Below, one piece after another: positions 47,493-55,505 of a stretch of 64,000 nt of DNA. Source of the stretch: Acidimicrobiia bacterium (lineage in GTDB: Bacteria; Actinomycetota; Acidimicrobiia; IMCC26256; JACDBD01); the NCBI GenBank assembly GCA_050743365.1, contig JBOGFI010000050.1, positions 2,917 through 66,916 of the forward strand. Direction: 5' to 3'. The translations under genes were made by a program, and so were the position numbers. The first letter of the stretch is position 1. Every line of letters begins with the position of its first letter. Below the pieces are notes generated by a model. It was given only the letters and a program-made list of their open reading frames with translations, was not told the DNA's origin and did no database searches.

Positions 47493-49373
47493 ATGGAGGC
47501 ACGGATCGGCCGTTACACGGCCGCAAGCGCTCTTGCGCTGAGCGCTTGGGTCGTCGCCGGGCAGCTGCCGGGTGCAGCCTCGCCCATCGATCCGCCCCCG
47601 GCCACGCCCCCGGAGACCATGATCCCGGACGCGGCGGCCCCGCCAGTGCCGCCACCCCGACCTGCAACCATGCCGGTCGATCCACCCGAGGTCACGGTCC
47701 CGCACGCACCCCTGCCGCCACCCCCAACCGTTTCCGCCCCGGTCGACCCGCCCGAGGTCACGGTTCCGCCAGTGCCGCCACCTCCAACCGTTTCCACCCC
47801 GGTCGATGCGCCCGAGGCCGCTACGCCACAGCTCACCGTCTCGCAGCTGTCGTCGCCGCCGCCTGCGGCCGCACCGGTCGATCCGCCCGAGGTCACCATC
47901 CCGCAGGTGCCGTCGCCGCCGGTCCCGGGTGAACCCCCCGTGGCTCCGAGCGGCGGCGTGCCCATTTCCTCCGGTGGTGCGCCCGCGCCGTCCGACGCGG
48001 GTGTGCTCGGCGCGAGCCTGCTCGACAGCGCGCTCGGCGACGTCGCCGCCACGCTGCCCGAACCGTCCAGCGCGCCAGGGCCCGCCGCCGGCACGCCCCA
48101 GGGCACGACGCCGCAACTCACCGTGTCGCCGTCCCTGTCGTCGCCACCGCCGTCCCCGCCTGCAACGATGCCGGTCGACGAGGTCACGGTCTCACCGACA
48201 CCCGTGCCGCCACCTCCAACCGTTTCCACCCCGGTCGATCCGCCCGAGGCCGCTACGCCACAGCTCACCGTCTCGCAGCTGTCGTCGCCGCCGCCTGCGG
48301 CCGCACCGGTCGATCCGCCCGAGGTCACCGTCCCGCAGGTGCCGTCACCGCCGGTCCCCGGTGAACCCCCGGTGGCTCCGAGCGGCGGCGTGCCCATTTC
48401 CTCCGGTGGTGCGCCCGCGCGGTCCGATACGGGTGTGCTCGGCGCGAGCCTGCTCGATGGCGCGTTCACCAATGTCATCGACGCCGTGCCCTCCGGTGAG
48501 CCCGCGCCGTCCGGCGCTGTAGCCGATGCAGGTCTCGCCGCCGCGGGTCCTACCGGCGGCGTGCTCGGCGGTGTCGCCGACGCGCTCACCAACGTCACCA
48601 GCACGGTGTCGGTCCCGTACGTCGGGTGGTCCAGTGGCGGTCTCGCCGCCGCCAGCCCGACCGAAGGCACGCCCACGCAACCCGTCGAGCCGCCCGTCCC
48701 GCCCGATGCGGGTGTGCTCGGCGCGAGCCTGCTCGGCGGCGCGCTCAACGGCGTCGCCGACGCGCTCACGAATGTCATCGACGCCATGCCCTCCGGTGAG
48801 CCCGCGCCGTCCGGCGCGGTAGCCGATGCAGGTCTCGCCGCCGCCAGCCCGACCGCCGGCGCGCTCAGCAGTGTCGCCAAGGCGCTCACCAACGCCACCG
48901 GCACCTCGTCCGGCGGTGGCCGGGCACGGTCTGTCGGCGCCGCTTCCGGAGTGGCCGTGAATGGTGGAGCTACCGCGAGTAGCGAGCCGAACCCCTTCGA
49001 TCCCGGCGACCCGACGAATGTGCTCGCCCTCCTCGGGATGTTGGACGCGGGTGCGGTGGCGGTCGGCTGCGTGGGGGGCCTGGCCGCCGGTCTCCCGGCT
49101 ACGCCGTCGTGCGGTCAGCTCGCCGCGAGCGGTGCCGAGAACCGGACGCTGGCGACGATCGGCGCTGTTCTCGTGGGTATCGGGTCATTCTTGAGGCTGC
49201 TCCGTCGGCGACCTTCCCGAGGCCTGGGCATCGACACGCACCCTAACCTCGGGCCTGTCGGCGGCTGTACGTTCGGTTACCCCAGAACGAGGTACGCCGC
49301 CCGGACTGAGGTGCCGCCGTCGCCGGTCGCCACGACCGTGTGCGTGCCTGGGCCATCCCCGCCGCTGTTGTAG
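47493..49373 (+). CDS. Secreted repetitive Pro/Thr/Ser/Ala-rich surface protein with sorting-signal-like C-terminal region
   Basis: ATG 47493 inside ORF 47409..49373, with GGGGAG 6 nt upstream. The signal peptide is MEARIGRYTAASALALSAWVVAGQLPGAASP. PVDPPEVTVP and PPPPTVSTP modules repeat. The C-terminus has LPATPSCGQLAASGAENRT, the hydrophobic LATIGAVLVGIGSFL and RLLRRR. Confidence 0.7.
   Translation: MEARIGRYTAASALALSAWVVAGQLPGAASPIDPPPATPPETMIPDAAAPPVPPPRPATMPVDPPEVTVPHAPLPPPPTVSAPVDPPEVTVPPVPPPPTVSTPVDAPEAATPQLTVSQLSSPPPAAAPVDPPEVTIPQVPSPPVPGEPPVAPSGGVPISSGGAPAPSDAGVLGASLLDSALGDVAATLPEPSSAPGPAAGTPQGTTPQLTVSPSLSSPPPSPPATMPVDEVTVSPTPVPPPPTVSTPVDPPEAATPQLTVSQLSSPPPAAAPVDPPEVTVPQVPSPPVPGEPPVAPSGGVPISSGGAPARSDTGVLGASLLDGAFTNVIDAVPSGEPAPSGAVADAGLAAAGPTGGVLGGVADALTNVTSTVSVPYVGWSSGGLAAASPTEGTPTQPVEPPVPPDAGVLGASLLGGALNGVADALTNVIDAMPSGEPAPSGAVADAGLAAASPTAGALSSVAKALTNATGTSSGGGRARSVGAASGVAVNGGATASSEPNPFDPGDPTNVLALLGMLDAGAVAVGCVGGLAAGLPATPSCGQLAASGAENRTLATIGAVLVGIGSFLRLLRRRPSRGLGIDTHPNLGPVGGCTFGYPRTRYAARTEVPPSPVATTVCVPGPSPPLL
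47772..48032. repeat. Intragenic direct repeat, copy 1 (261 nt)
   Basis: It aligns without gaps to 48204-48464 (offset 432 nt, in frame). I count 10 mismatches by eye. Confidence 0.85.
48204..48464. repeat. Intragenic direct repeat, copy 2 (261 nt)
   Basis: See copy 1. Weaker homology extends upstream to 48180 (versus 47754) with a short indel. Confidence 0.85.
48471..48543. repeat. Second intragenic direct repeat, copy 1 (73 nt)
   Basis: aatgtcatcgacgcc...gcaggtctcgccgccgc matches 48771-48843 with 2 mismatches (offset 300 nt, in frame). Confidence 0.8.
48771..48843. repeat. Second intragenic direct repeat, copy 2 (73 nt)
   Basis: See 48471-48543. Confidence 0.8.
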
Positions 49374-49831
49374 CTCGCGGTCACGGCGCCGTCCTGCGAC
49401 GCGGTGTGCGGTTGTCCAGTGAACTTGCCGCCGTCGGGAGCATTGATCTCGAAGGTAACCGTCTCGCCCGCCTTCGCCCCGGTCAGAATGAACATGAACG
49501 GCTGCCCCGACTGCGCAACATTCGGCATAACCGTCAGCTGCGCGGGCGGGGTCGGAGGGATCGTAAGGATCTGCCCGGCGGTCAGCTGATCCTGGTTGGC
49601 CAGTTGGTTGGCCATGGCGATCACCGCGGGCGACAGACCGAAGAACTCGGCAATCGACGTCAGAGTGTCCCCGCTTTTGACCTCATAAGTGAGCGGAGGA
49701 GGTGTCGTCGTCGTGGTCGGAGCGACGCTGGTCCGAGATGGGCCGGTCGTGGATCTTCCGACGTGCCGGGAATCGCTGTTACAGGCGGCGAGGACGACGG
49801 CAGCGCCAGCCGCCAGCACGCGCAGCAGCAT
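49277..49831 (-). CDS. LysM-domain lipoprotein
   Basis: ORF 49277..49897 with preferred ATG 49831, giving MLLRVLAAGAAVVLAAC (lipobox LAAC). The LysM domain is YEVKSGDTLTSIAEFFGLSPAVIAMANQL...GQILTIP. Confidence 0.75.
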   Translation of the reverse strand: MLLRVLAAGAAVVLAACNSDSRHVGRSTTGPSRTSVAPTTTTTPPPLTYEVKSGDTLTSIAEFFGLSPAVIAMANQLANQDQLTAGQILTIPPTPPAQLTVMPNVAQSGQPFMFILTGAKAGETVTFEINAPDGGKFTGQPHTASQDGAVTASYNSGGDGPGTHTVVATGDGGTSVRAAYLVLG

Positions 49832-49875
49832 GTGTCGTCGGAGCAAGCGTGTCGGCGCTGCGGCTGGTGTTCCGG

Positions 49876-50082
49876 TCACTTCTGGCCAGAGTCGCACCCA
49901 CCGCCTCGGCGATGAGCGAGTGCGTGGTCCAGTGGGGGCAGCCGGCGCGCGTCGGCGACCGCGACGGTCTGGAGCTGTGGGCGCCGCCGTGCGACCGTGG
50001 CCATCCGGGGCGACCGATCGACGGCGACGACCCGATGCCCGCGATCGGCGAACTCAGCCACTCCTCGTCCTGGCGATCCCAC
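49876..50082 (-). pseudogene. SAM-dependent methyltransferase fragment
   Basis: VGSPGRGVAEFADRGHRVVAVDRSPRMATVARRRPQLQTVAVADARRLPPLD resembles motifs I to post-II of Methyltransf_11/25 enzymes. An in-frame TGA lies immediately upstream, and the ORF ends after ~68 codons with no C-terminal half. Confidence 0.4.
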
Positions 50083-50313
50083 GTATCAGAGAATCCCACA
50101 ATGCCTACGCTACGACCCACAGACGCCGGAGTTGAGTCCCGTAATGCACACCCATAACGCAAGAGCACCCCTGGCATCGCGCCAGATAAGGCACGTAACG
50201 CGAAGTTCCCGGAACCTCGAGGCCGCGGCGGGTGTAGACCCAGTGACTCGGTCTGCGCGGGAAGGAGCAACACGAAAGACGCCGAGCTGATCGAGCGAGC
50301 GAAGCAGGGAGAC

Positions 50314-50820
50314 GTGGACTCGTATGGCGAGTTGGTCCGCCGTTACCAGCAGGACGCTCGGCGCACGGCCGCCGCGATCGCGGGCGTGAGCGTCGCCGAC
50401 GACGCCGCCCAGGAAGCGTTCGTCCGCGCGTACGGCTCCCTGCATCGCTTTCGGCCGGGCGCGCCGTTCCGGCCCTGGCTCCTCGCGGTCGTCGCCAACG
50501 TCGCCCGCAACCAGCGCCGTTCGAGCAACCGGTGGACGCGTGCATTCCGCGAATCGGGCAGACGCGGCGGACCGGCCGGTGTGGCGCCTTCGGCGGAGGA
50601 CGAGGCGATCACCCGGCACGGCAACCGCGCGGTGCAAGCGGCGCTCGACGCGCTTCCCCACCACTACCGCGACGTCGTGGCGTGTCGGTACCTCCTCGAC
50701 CTCAGCGAGGACGAGACCGCGCGAGTCCTCGGACTCCCCCGCGGCACGGTGAAGTCGCGCCTGTCTCGAGCACTCGACCGGCTCGAGCGCCAGCTACCCC
50801 GCGAGGTGCAGGGTGCCTGA
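50314..50820 (+). CDS. ECF-type RNA polymerase sigma factor
   Basis: 168 aa from GTG 50314. Region 2 reads AQEAFVRAYGSLHRFRPGAPFRPWLLAVVAN and region 4 reads LSEDETARVLGLPRGTVKSRLSRA. The conserved N-terminal DAELIERAKQGD lies in frame upstream of the first canonical start. Confidence 0.8.
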   Translation: MDSYGELVRRYQQDARRTAAAIAGVSVADDAAQEAFVRAYGSLHRFRPGAPFRPWLLAVVANVARNQRRSSNRWTRAFRESGRRGGPAGVAPSAEDEAITRHGNRAVQAALDALPHHYRDVVACRYLLDLSEDETARVLGLPRGTVKSRLSRALDRLERQLPREVQGA

Positions 50821-51592
50821 CGGGACGCGACGCGCGCTCATCGAAGCGGAGCTCCGTGGGTTGGGTCACAACCTCGACGCCCAGCTCGCCGAGCTCGATC
50901 TCTCGGAGGCGGTGACCCGCCGACTGACGGTCCCTCCCTCGCCGACGCGACCTCGCGGACGCCCGCGGCGGCGTCTCGCGGTCGCGTTGGTCGCGGGCAT
51001 CGCCATCACGACGACTGCTGCCATTCCCGGCGCCCGGGCCACCGTCACACGCTTCTTCGACATCGGTGCAGTCCGCGTGCAGGACGAACCGCCGCCGAGT
51101 CCTGTCCCGTCAGCGAGCGCCGCTCTCGTCCTGGGCGATCGGACGACGCTCGACAAGGCACGTGGCCGGGTGCCAGTTGTGGTCCCGACCGTCGACGGCC
51201 TCCAGACGCCGGACGAGGTCTGGTTCGACGACGTCGGCGGCGGCGAGGTCTCACTCGTCTTCCGCGCCCGGCCCGGACTCCCGGCCGCCGCGCACACCGG
51301 CATCGGACTGCTCGTCCAGGAGTTCAAGGGCAACGGGCAGGACATCGTGCGCAAGTACCTCACGAGCGATTCCCGTGCCCGACCGGTCAGGATCGGCTCG
51401 AACGAGGGGGTGTTCCTCTCCGGCGGAGACCACTACCTCTTCTACACGGATCCCACCGGCGCCGAGCGCTACGAGTACGGGCGGCTCGTCGGCAACGCGC
51501 TCATCTTCTCGCGCGGGCCGCTCACCATCCGCCTCGAAGGTGACCTCCCGCTCCGTCGAATGGTGGCGATCGCTACTTCCCTACGAGGGTAG
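50813..51592 (+). CDS. Membrane-anchored putative anti-sigma factor
   Basis: 259 aa. The GTG start overlaps the sigma stop by 8 nt. It has a single TM (LAVALVAGIAITTTAAI), an extracytoplasmic domain of unknown family, and no zinc-binding HxxxCxxC. Confidence 0.55.
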   Translation: MPDGTRRALIEAELRGLGHNLDAQLAELDLSEAVTRRLTVPPSPTRPRGRPRRRLAVALVAGIAITTTAAIPGARATVTRFFDIGAVRVQDEPPPSPVPSASAALVLGDRTTLDKARGRVPVVVPTVDGLQTPDEVWFDDVGGGEVSLVFRARPGLPAAAHTGIGLLVQEFKGNGQDIVRKYLTSDSRARPVRIGSNEGVFLSGGDHYLFYTDPTGAERYEYGRLVGNALIFSRGPLTIRLEGDLPLRRMVAIATSLRG

Positions 51593-52744
51593 GCCGAGCG
51601 CCGACTTGGCCAGCCTGGTGCCCTCGACCATGTTGCGCAGCTTGGCGAAGGCCACTTCCCAGGTCCGCGTGCGCAGGCCGCAGTCGGGGGTCACGTGGAT
51701 TCGCTCGGGATCGGCGAACACCTCGACGGCATAGAGGATGCGGTCTCGCACAAGCTCCGGCGGCTCGATGAAGTCGGTGTGGATGTCCAGTACGCCGACG
51801 CCGAGGGCGGGGCGGTAGGGCAGGTCGCGAAAGCGCTTGATGATCTGGTAGCCGGGACGAGCGCTCTCGCTCACCCCGAGGTCCCGGGTGTCGTCGTTGG
51901 CGAATCCGACGCAGTACTGCTGGCAGCCGCTCATGGCCTCGATGGCGGGGAAGAACAGCTCGTAGTCGGAGAAGCAGAGATGCGTCGAGAACACCGCGTC
52001 GAGCCCATCGACGGAGGCATTGAACGATTCGGCGAACAGCTCGAGCTCGTCGGGTTCGGTGGACGCCCCGGGCTCGTCGACCTGGAGCCATCGGGCGCCC
52101 AGGTTGACCAGCGACTCGAGGTTCGGTCGGATGAGCCTGGTTGCCAGCTCGAGCACCAGGCGGCGACGCCCCTGCTGCCGTCGCTCCCGGCGTGTGGCGG
52201 CCGGCACGCGAAGGTCGTCCTCGCGGTGGTGGTACTCGTCGAAGGACCAGGCGCCGATCGTGTACGGCCCGGTCACCGGCACCTTGAGCTCGGCCCGGGC
52301 CACTTGGCCCACCAGAGAGAACTCCTCGTCGTGGTAGGGCTCGGAAAGGGACACCGGCCCGGTCACCGCCGCCTTCGTGTAGTACTTGTTGTCGAAGCTG
52401 CGCACGCTGCCGCGGGCCTCGAAGCCTTCAGCGTGGGCGACGGCCCAGTTGTACATCTCGCTGCGCTGCTGCTCGCCGTCGTACACGACGTCGAGGCCGG
52501 CGGCCTCGAGGAAGCGCACGCCGTAGACACTCGACCAGCGCGCAACCTCGGCTCGTCGGTCTCGGGGTAGCGGCGCCTCCCGCAAGAGCGACAGCAGGTC
52601 CTCGTGGCCCTCGACGCCCAGCCGCTCGCCCCACCGCCGGGCGTCGTCCACGTCCTCGGGCGGGACCGGTCGGCCGGCGTAGGCCTTCACCCGCCAGCCC
52701 GGTTTGGCCAGCGACCCGATCTCGTGCGTCAACAGCGCGTTCAT
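51581..52744 (-). CDS. Cobalamin-independent methionine synthase catalytic-domain protein (MetE C-terminal-like)
   Basis: ATG 52744 inside ORF 51581..52945, in an ATGA overlap with the upstream gene. MNALLTHEIGSLAKPGW. Zn-ligand motifs are THLCFSDY and VTPDCGLRTR. Confidence 0.75.
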   Translation of the reverse strand: MNALLTHEIGSLAKPGWRVKAYAGRPVPPEDVDDARRWGERLGVEGHEDLLSLLREAPLPRDRRAEVARWSSVYGVRFLEAAGLDVVYDGEQQRSEMYNWAVAHAEGFEARGSVRSFDNKYYTKAAVTGPVSLSEPYHDEEFSLVGQVARAELKVPVTGPYTIGAWSFDEYHHREDDLRVPAATRRERRQQGRRRLVLELATRLIRPNLESLVNLGARWLQVDEPGASTEPDELELFAESFNASVDGLDAVFSTHLCFSDYELFFPAIEAMSGCQQYCVGFANDDTRDLGVSESARPGYQIIKRFRDLPYRPALGVGVLDIHTDFIEPPELVRDRILYAVEVFADPERIHVTPDCGLRTRTWEVAFAKLRNMVEGTRLAKSALGLPS

Positions 52745-53679
52745 CCCGACAGCACGTCCCTTACCCGCTCGGTCAGCGCCCCCAGCAGGCGCACCTTCTC
52801 GGCGGCCACTGGCTGGGGCAGCAACTCGAGCTCGCTCGCGCTGGACAGGAACACCCGGGGCGGCGCGGCCTGGTCGGCGATCCGGGCGACCAACTCGGCG
52901 GTGGCGTCGAGGTCTTCGAGCACCGTGGCCCGCCCGTTGAGGCACCCGGCAAGCAGACCGATCTCCCAGTTCCGCCCGACGGCGTCGGGGTCGGTCTCCA
53001 CGAGGTCGACACCGACCGCCGTCACCGGCAGCCGCCGCAGTCGGTCGACCAGCGGCTCGGCGTCACCGTAGAAGACGTGGAGGACGACCATGGCCGCCAG
53101 GCCCTCGGTGAGCACGCCGAGCGCCTTCTCGAACGACGCCCACTCGGCCTCGTCGATACCGTGGAACCCGAGCCACGGCTCCTCGAGGTGGATCACCGCG
53201 CAACCGCGGGCCACGAGGAACTCGGCCGCCGGCCGCAGCATCGCTTCGGCCGCCTCGCCCATCCCGAGCCCGCGAGCGGCCCGGGAGAAGAGGTACGGGG
53301 AAGGCAGCGTCGCCGCACGCGGCCGGGGAAGGGCATCCAGATCGGCGAACACGTCCGGCTCCACGCTCAACACCGGCGGCGCCGAAACGTCGGGCGTCCG
53401 GTAGAACGCGTTGTTGTCGAACCAGCGCGCGAGGCCGTCGGCTTCTAGTCCCGTCGACGCATCCACCAGCGGCCGGAACAGATCCTGCCAGCGCAGGAGC
53501 CCGTCGGAGAAGAACCCGAGGCCCGCGTCTCTTTGTAAGGTGATGAACGCTTCGCGGTCGGCCCCGAAGATGGCCTCCACCGCCTCCGCGGTGGTACGCC
53601 CCCGTTCCAGGTCGCGGGTGGCGGCGACCACGGACTCCGAGCGGGGGTATATGCCGTGCTGATACGCGGCGATCTCCAC
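52741..53679 (-). CDS. MetE N-terminal-domain-like protein
   Basis: 312 aa with a GTG start. It has a (beta/alpha)8-like pattern (YPRSE, GFFSDGLLRWQD, IHLEEPWL) without Zn ligands. It is coupled to the downstream catalytic-domain gene. Confidence 0.55.
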   Translation of the reverse strand: MEIAAYQHGIYPRSESVVAATRDLERGRTTAEAVEAIFGADREAFITLQRDAGLGFFSDGLLRWQDLFRPLVDASTGLEADGLARWFDNNAFYRTPDVSAPPVLSVEPDVFADLDALPRPRAATLPSPYLFSRAARGLGMGEAAEAMLRPAAEFLVARGCAVIHLEEPWLGFHGIDEAEWASFEKALGVLTEGLAAMVVLHVFYGDAEPLVDRLRRLPVTAVGVDLVETDPDAVGRNWEIGLLAGCLNGRATVLEDLDATAELVARIADQAAPPRVFLSSASELELLPQPVAAEKVRLLGALTERVRDVLSG

Positions 53680-53815
53680 CCGCCCACGATAGATGAGCGC
53701 GGCGGCCGCGACTCCGCCGAGGACGACCGCTTCTGGTGCATTGAGGCCCGGAAACCGGGCTTCAAAGGGCCGCGAGCGCTTCGGGCGGCAACGTCCATCA
53801 GTACGCTCCCGAGGA

Positions 53816-55465
53816 ATGGCAGGGATGTCGACCTGGCCGGCACCGGGCCCGGGACGCTGGACTCTCGAGCTTGCCCACTTCCCCGTGGGCCAGACACCGG
53901 TCTACCGGGGCCTCTATCGGGCCGCGTCCCGAGAGGGCACCCAGGTGACGATGGCGCGCTACGGGGCGGCGCTGTCGCACCTCGAGATGGCGCACGTGAA
54001 CGACCGGGCCTACCTGCGGCCTATCCCTCTGCTGGAGCCCCCGGCCAGGCTCGCCGGGTCGACGCCGCCTCGCTGGGCTCTGTGGCTGCTCACCCGGGTG
54101 CTGCCACGGTTCCGGCGCCGGAGCCGCGCCGCGCGCCGCGCCGTCGACGGCAGGATCTGGCGAGAGGACGGCACCCACTGGTACGAGCACCGCCGCCCGG
54201 CAGTAGAGGCAGCCAACCTCGCGCTGCAAGACGAGGAGCCGGCGATCCTCTCGGACGATGAGCTCGCCGGTCATCTCGCGCGGGCGATGGCGAACTGCCG
54301 CGAGGGTATCCGCCTGCACTTCGAGCTGGTCGGCCCCAACGGCCTGCCCCTCGGGGAGCTGCTCGCAGCTGCGTCGGACTGGGGCATCGCGCCGCGGGAA
54401 GTGCTCGGGTTGCTGCACGGAGCCTCTCCGGCCGCGGCCGAACCGGCCCGCGAGCTCGCCCCCGTCGCTGGCGCCGTGGCCGGCCGCGGCAGCTGTCCGG
54501 CATCGCTCGACGGCTTGCGGACGCTCGGACCGGAAGCTGCCGCGGCGCTCGACTCGTACCTGACGCGGCACGGTCACCGCGTCGTCGCCGGCTTCGACGT
54601 GGACGAGCCCACGCTGCGCGAGCTCCCCCAGCTCGTGGTCGGATCGGTGCGAGCCCTCGCCGAGCGCGACGAGCGAGATCGGTCGGGAAGCCTCGAAGAT
54701 GGGACCGCGCCCGTGCGAGATCGAGTACCGCAGACCGAACGTCCCCGGTTCGACGACCTCCTTTCCGAGGCCCGCTACGGCTACGGCCTCCGCGATGACA
54801 ATTCGGGCCTCACGCTGCACTGGCCGTCGGGTCTGCTGCGCCGGGCGTTGCTCGAGGCCGGACGGCGCGCGGTGGCGACTGGACGGGCGCACCGACCCGA
54901 GGACCTCTTCGAGCTGACCCCCGACGAAGTCGCTCCCTTCGTCGCCGGGGCCGGCCCGGCTCGGCCCGAGCTCGAGGAGCGCGCGGTGCTTCGCTCGGAG
55001 CATCTGCGGGCTGAGGCCCCGCGCACCATCGGGCCGGAGGAGCCGTTGCCGGACCTCGGCGCCCTTCCCCCGGCGCTCCGCCGGGTGGGACGGGCGTTCG
55101 TCGCCTGCTACGAGCTGCTCGACTCGGCCCCCATGGACACGGCCCTTGCCGGCACCGGCATCGGCCGCGACGTCGTCCGAGGCCGGGCGCGAGCCGCGAG
55201 CGACCCGTCCGAAGCGCTGGAGCGGCTCGAGCCGGGCGACGTGCTCGTGGTGCCATTCACCACTCCGGCGTACAACGCCGTGCTGCCCATGGTCTCGGCG
55301 CTGGTCGTCGAGGAGGGTGGCGAGCTGAGCCACGCCGCGATCGTGGCGCGAGAGCTCGGCATCCCCGCGGTGATCGGCGTCGGGGCCCTGGTCGATCGGG
55401 TCACCGACGGCTCGGTGGTCGAGGTCGACCCCGTCGCAGGGCGGGTACGCCTACTCGACGCGTAG
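53816..55465 (+). CDS. PEP-utilising enzyme mobile-domain protein
   Basis: ATG 53816 or 53825 inside ORF 53693..55465. The C-terminal swivelling domain reads VLVVPFTTPAYNAVLPMVSALVVEEGGELSHAAIVARELGIPAVIGV (phospho-His motif). The N-terminal ~450 aa are unassigned. Confidence 0.65.
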   Translation: MAGMSTWPAPGPGRWTLELAHFPVGQTPVYRGLYRAASREGTQVTMARYGAALSHLEMAHVNDRAYLRPIPLLEPPARLAGSTPPRWALWLLTRVLPRFRRRSRAARRAVDGRIWREDGTHWYEHRRPAVEAANLALQDEEPAILSDDELAGHLARAMANCREGIRLHFELVGPNGLPLGELLAAASDWGIAPREVLGLLHGASPAAAEPARELAPVAGAVAGRGSCPASLDGLRTLGPEAAAALDSYLTRHGHRVVAGFDVDEPTLRELPQLVVGSVRALAERDERDRSGSLEDGTAPVRDRVPQTERPRFDDLLSEARYGYGLRDDNSGLTLHWPSGLLRRALLEAGRRAVATGRAHRPEDLFELTPDEVAPFVAGAGPARPELEERAVLRSEHLRAEAPRTIGPEEPLPDLGALPPALRRVGRAFVACYELLDSAPMDTALAGTGIGRDVVRGRARAASDPSEALERLEPGDVLVVPFTTPAYNAVLPMVSALVVEEGGELSHAAIVARELGIPAVIGVGALVDRVTDGSVVEVDPVAGRVRLLDA

Positions 55466-55505
55466 TAACGCCGATGGCGTCGCAGCGCCTACGACACCGA
55501 GACTT

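Noticed and set aside
47754-48465. Whether the 261-nt repeat pair is a diversity-generating retroelement template/variable repeat pair
   Set aside because: The 10 differences are mixed (G/C, A/G, C/T and others) rather than adenine-specific. Both copies are in frame within one gene, and no reverse transcriptase is present in the window.
47600-48900. Whether the periodic repeats form a CRISPR-like or non-coding tandem array
   Set aside because: All repeats are in frame and encode Pro-rich peptide modules. There is no repeat-spacer regularity, no cas genes and no AT-rich leader.
53680-53815. Riboswitch (SAM or cobalamin) upstream of the MetE-like operon
   Set aside because: I found only a 9-bp hairpin (GAGGCCCGG-aaa-CCGGGCTTC, 53743-53763) and could not recognise a B12 box or SAM-IV-like core by eye. 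Rfam cmscan is needed to settle this.
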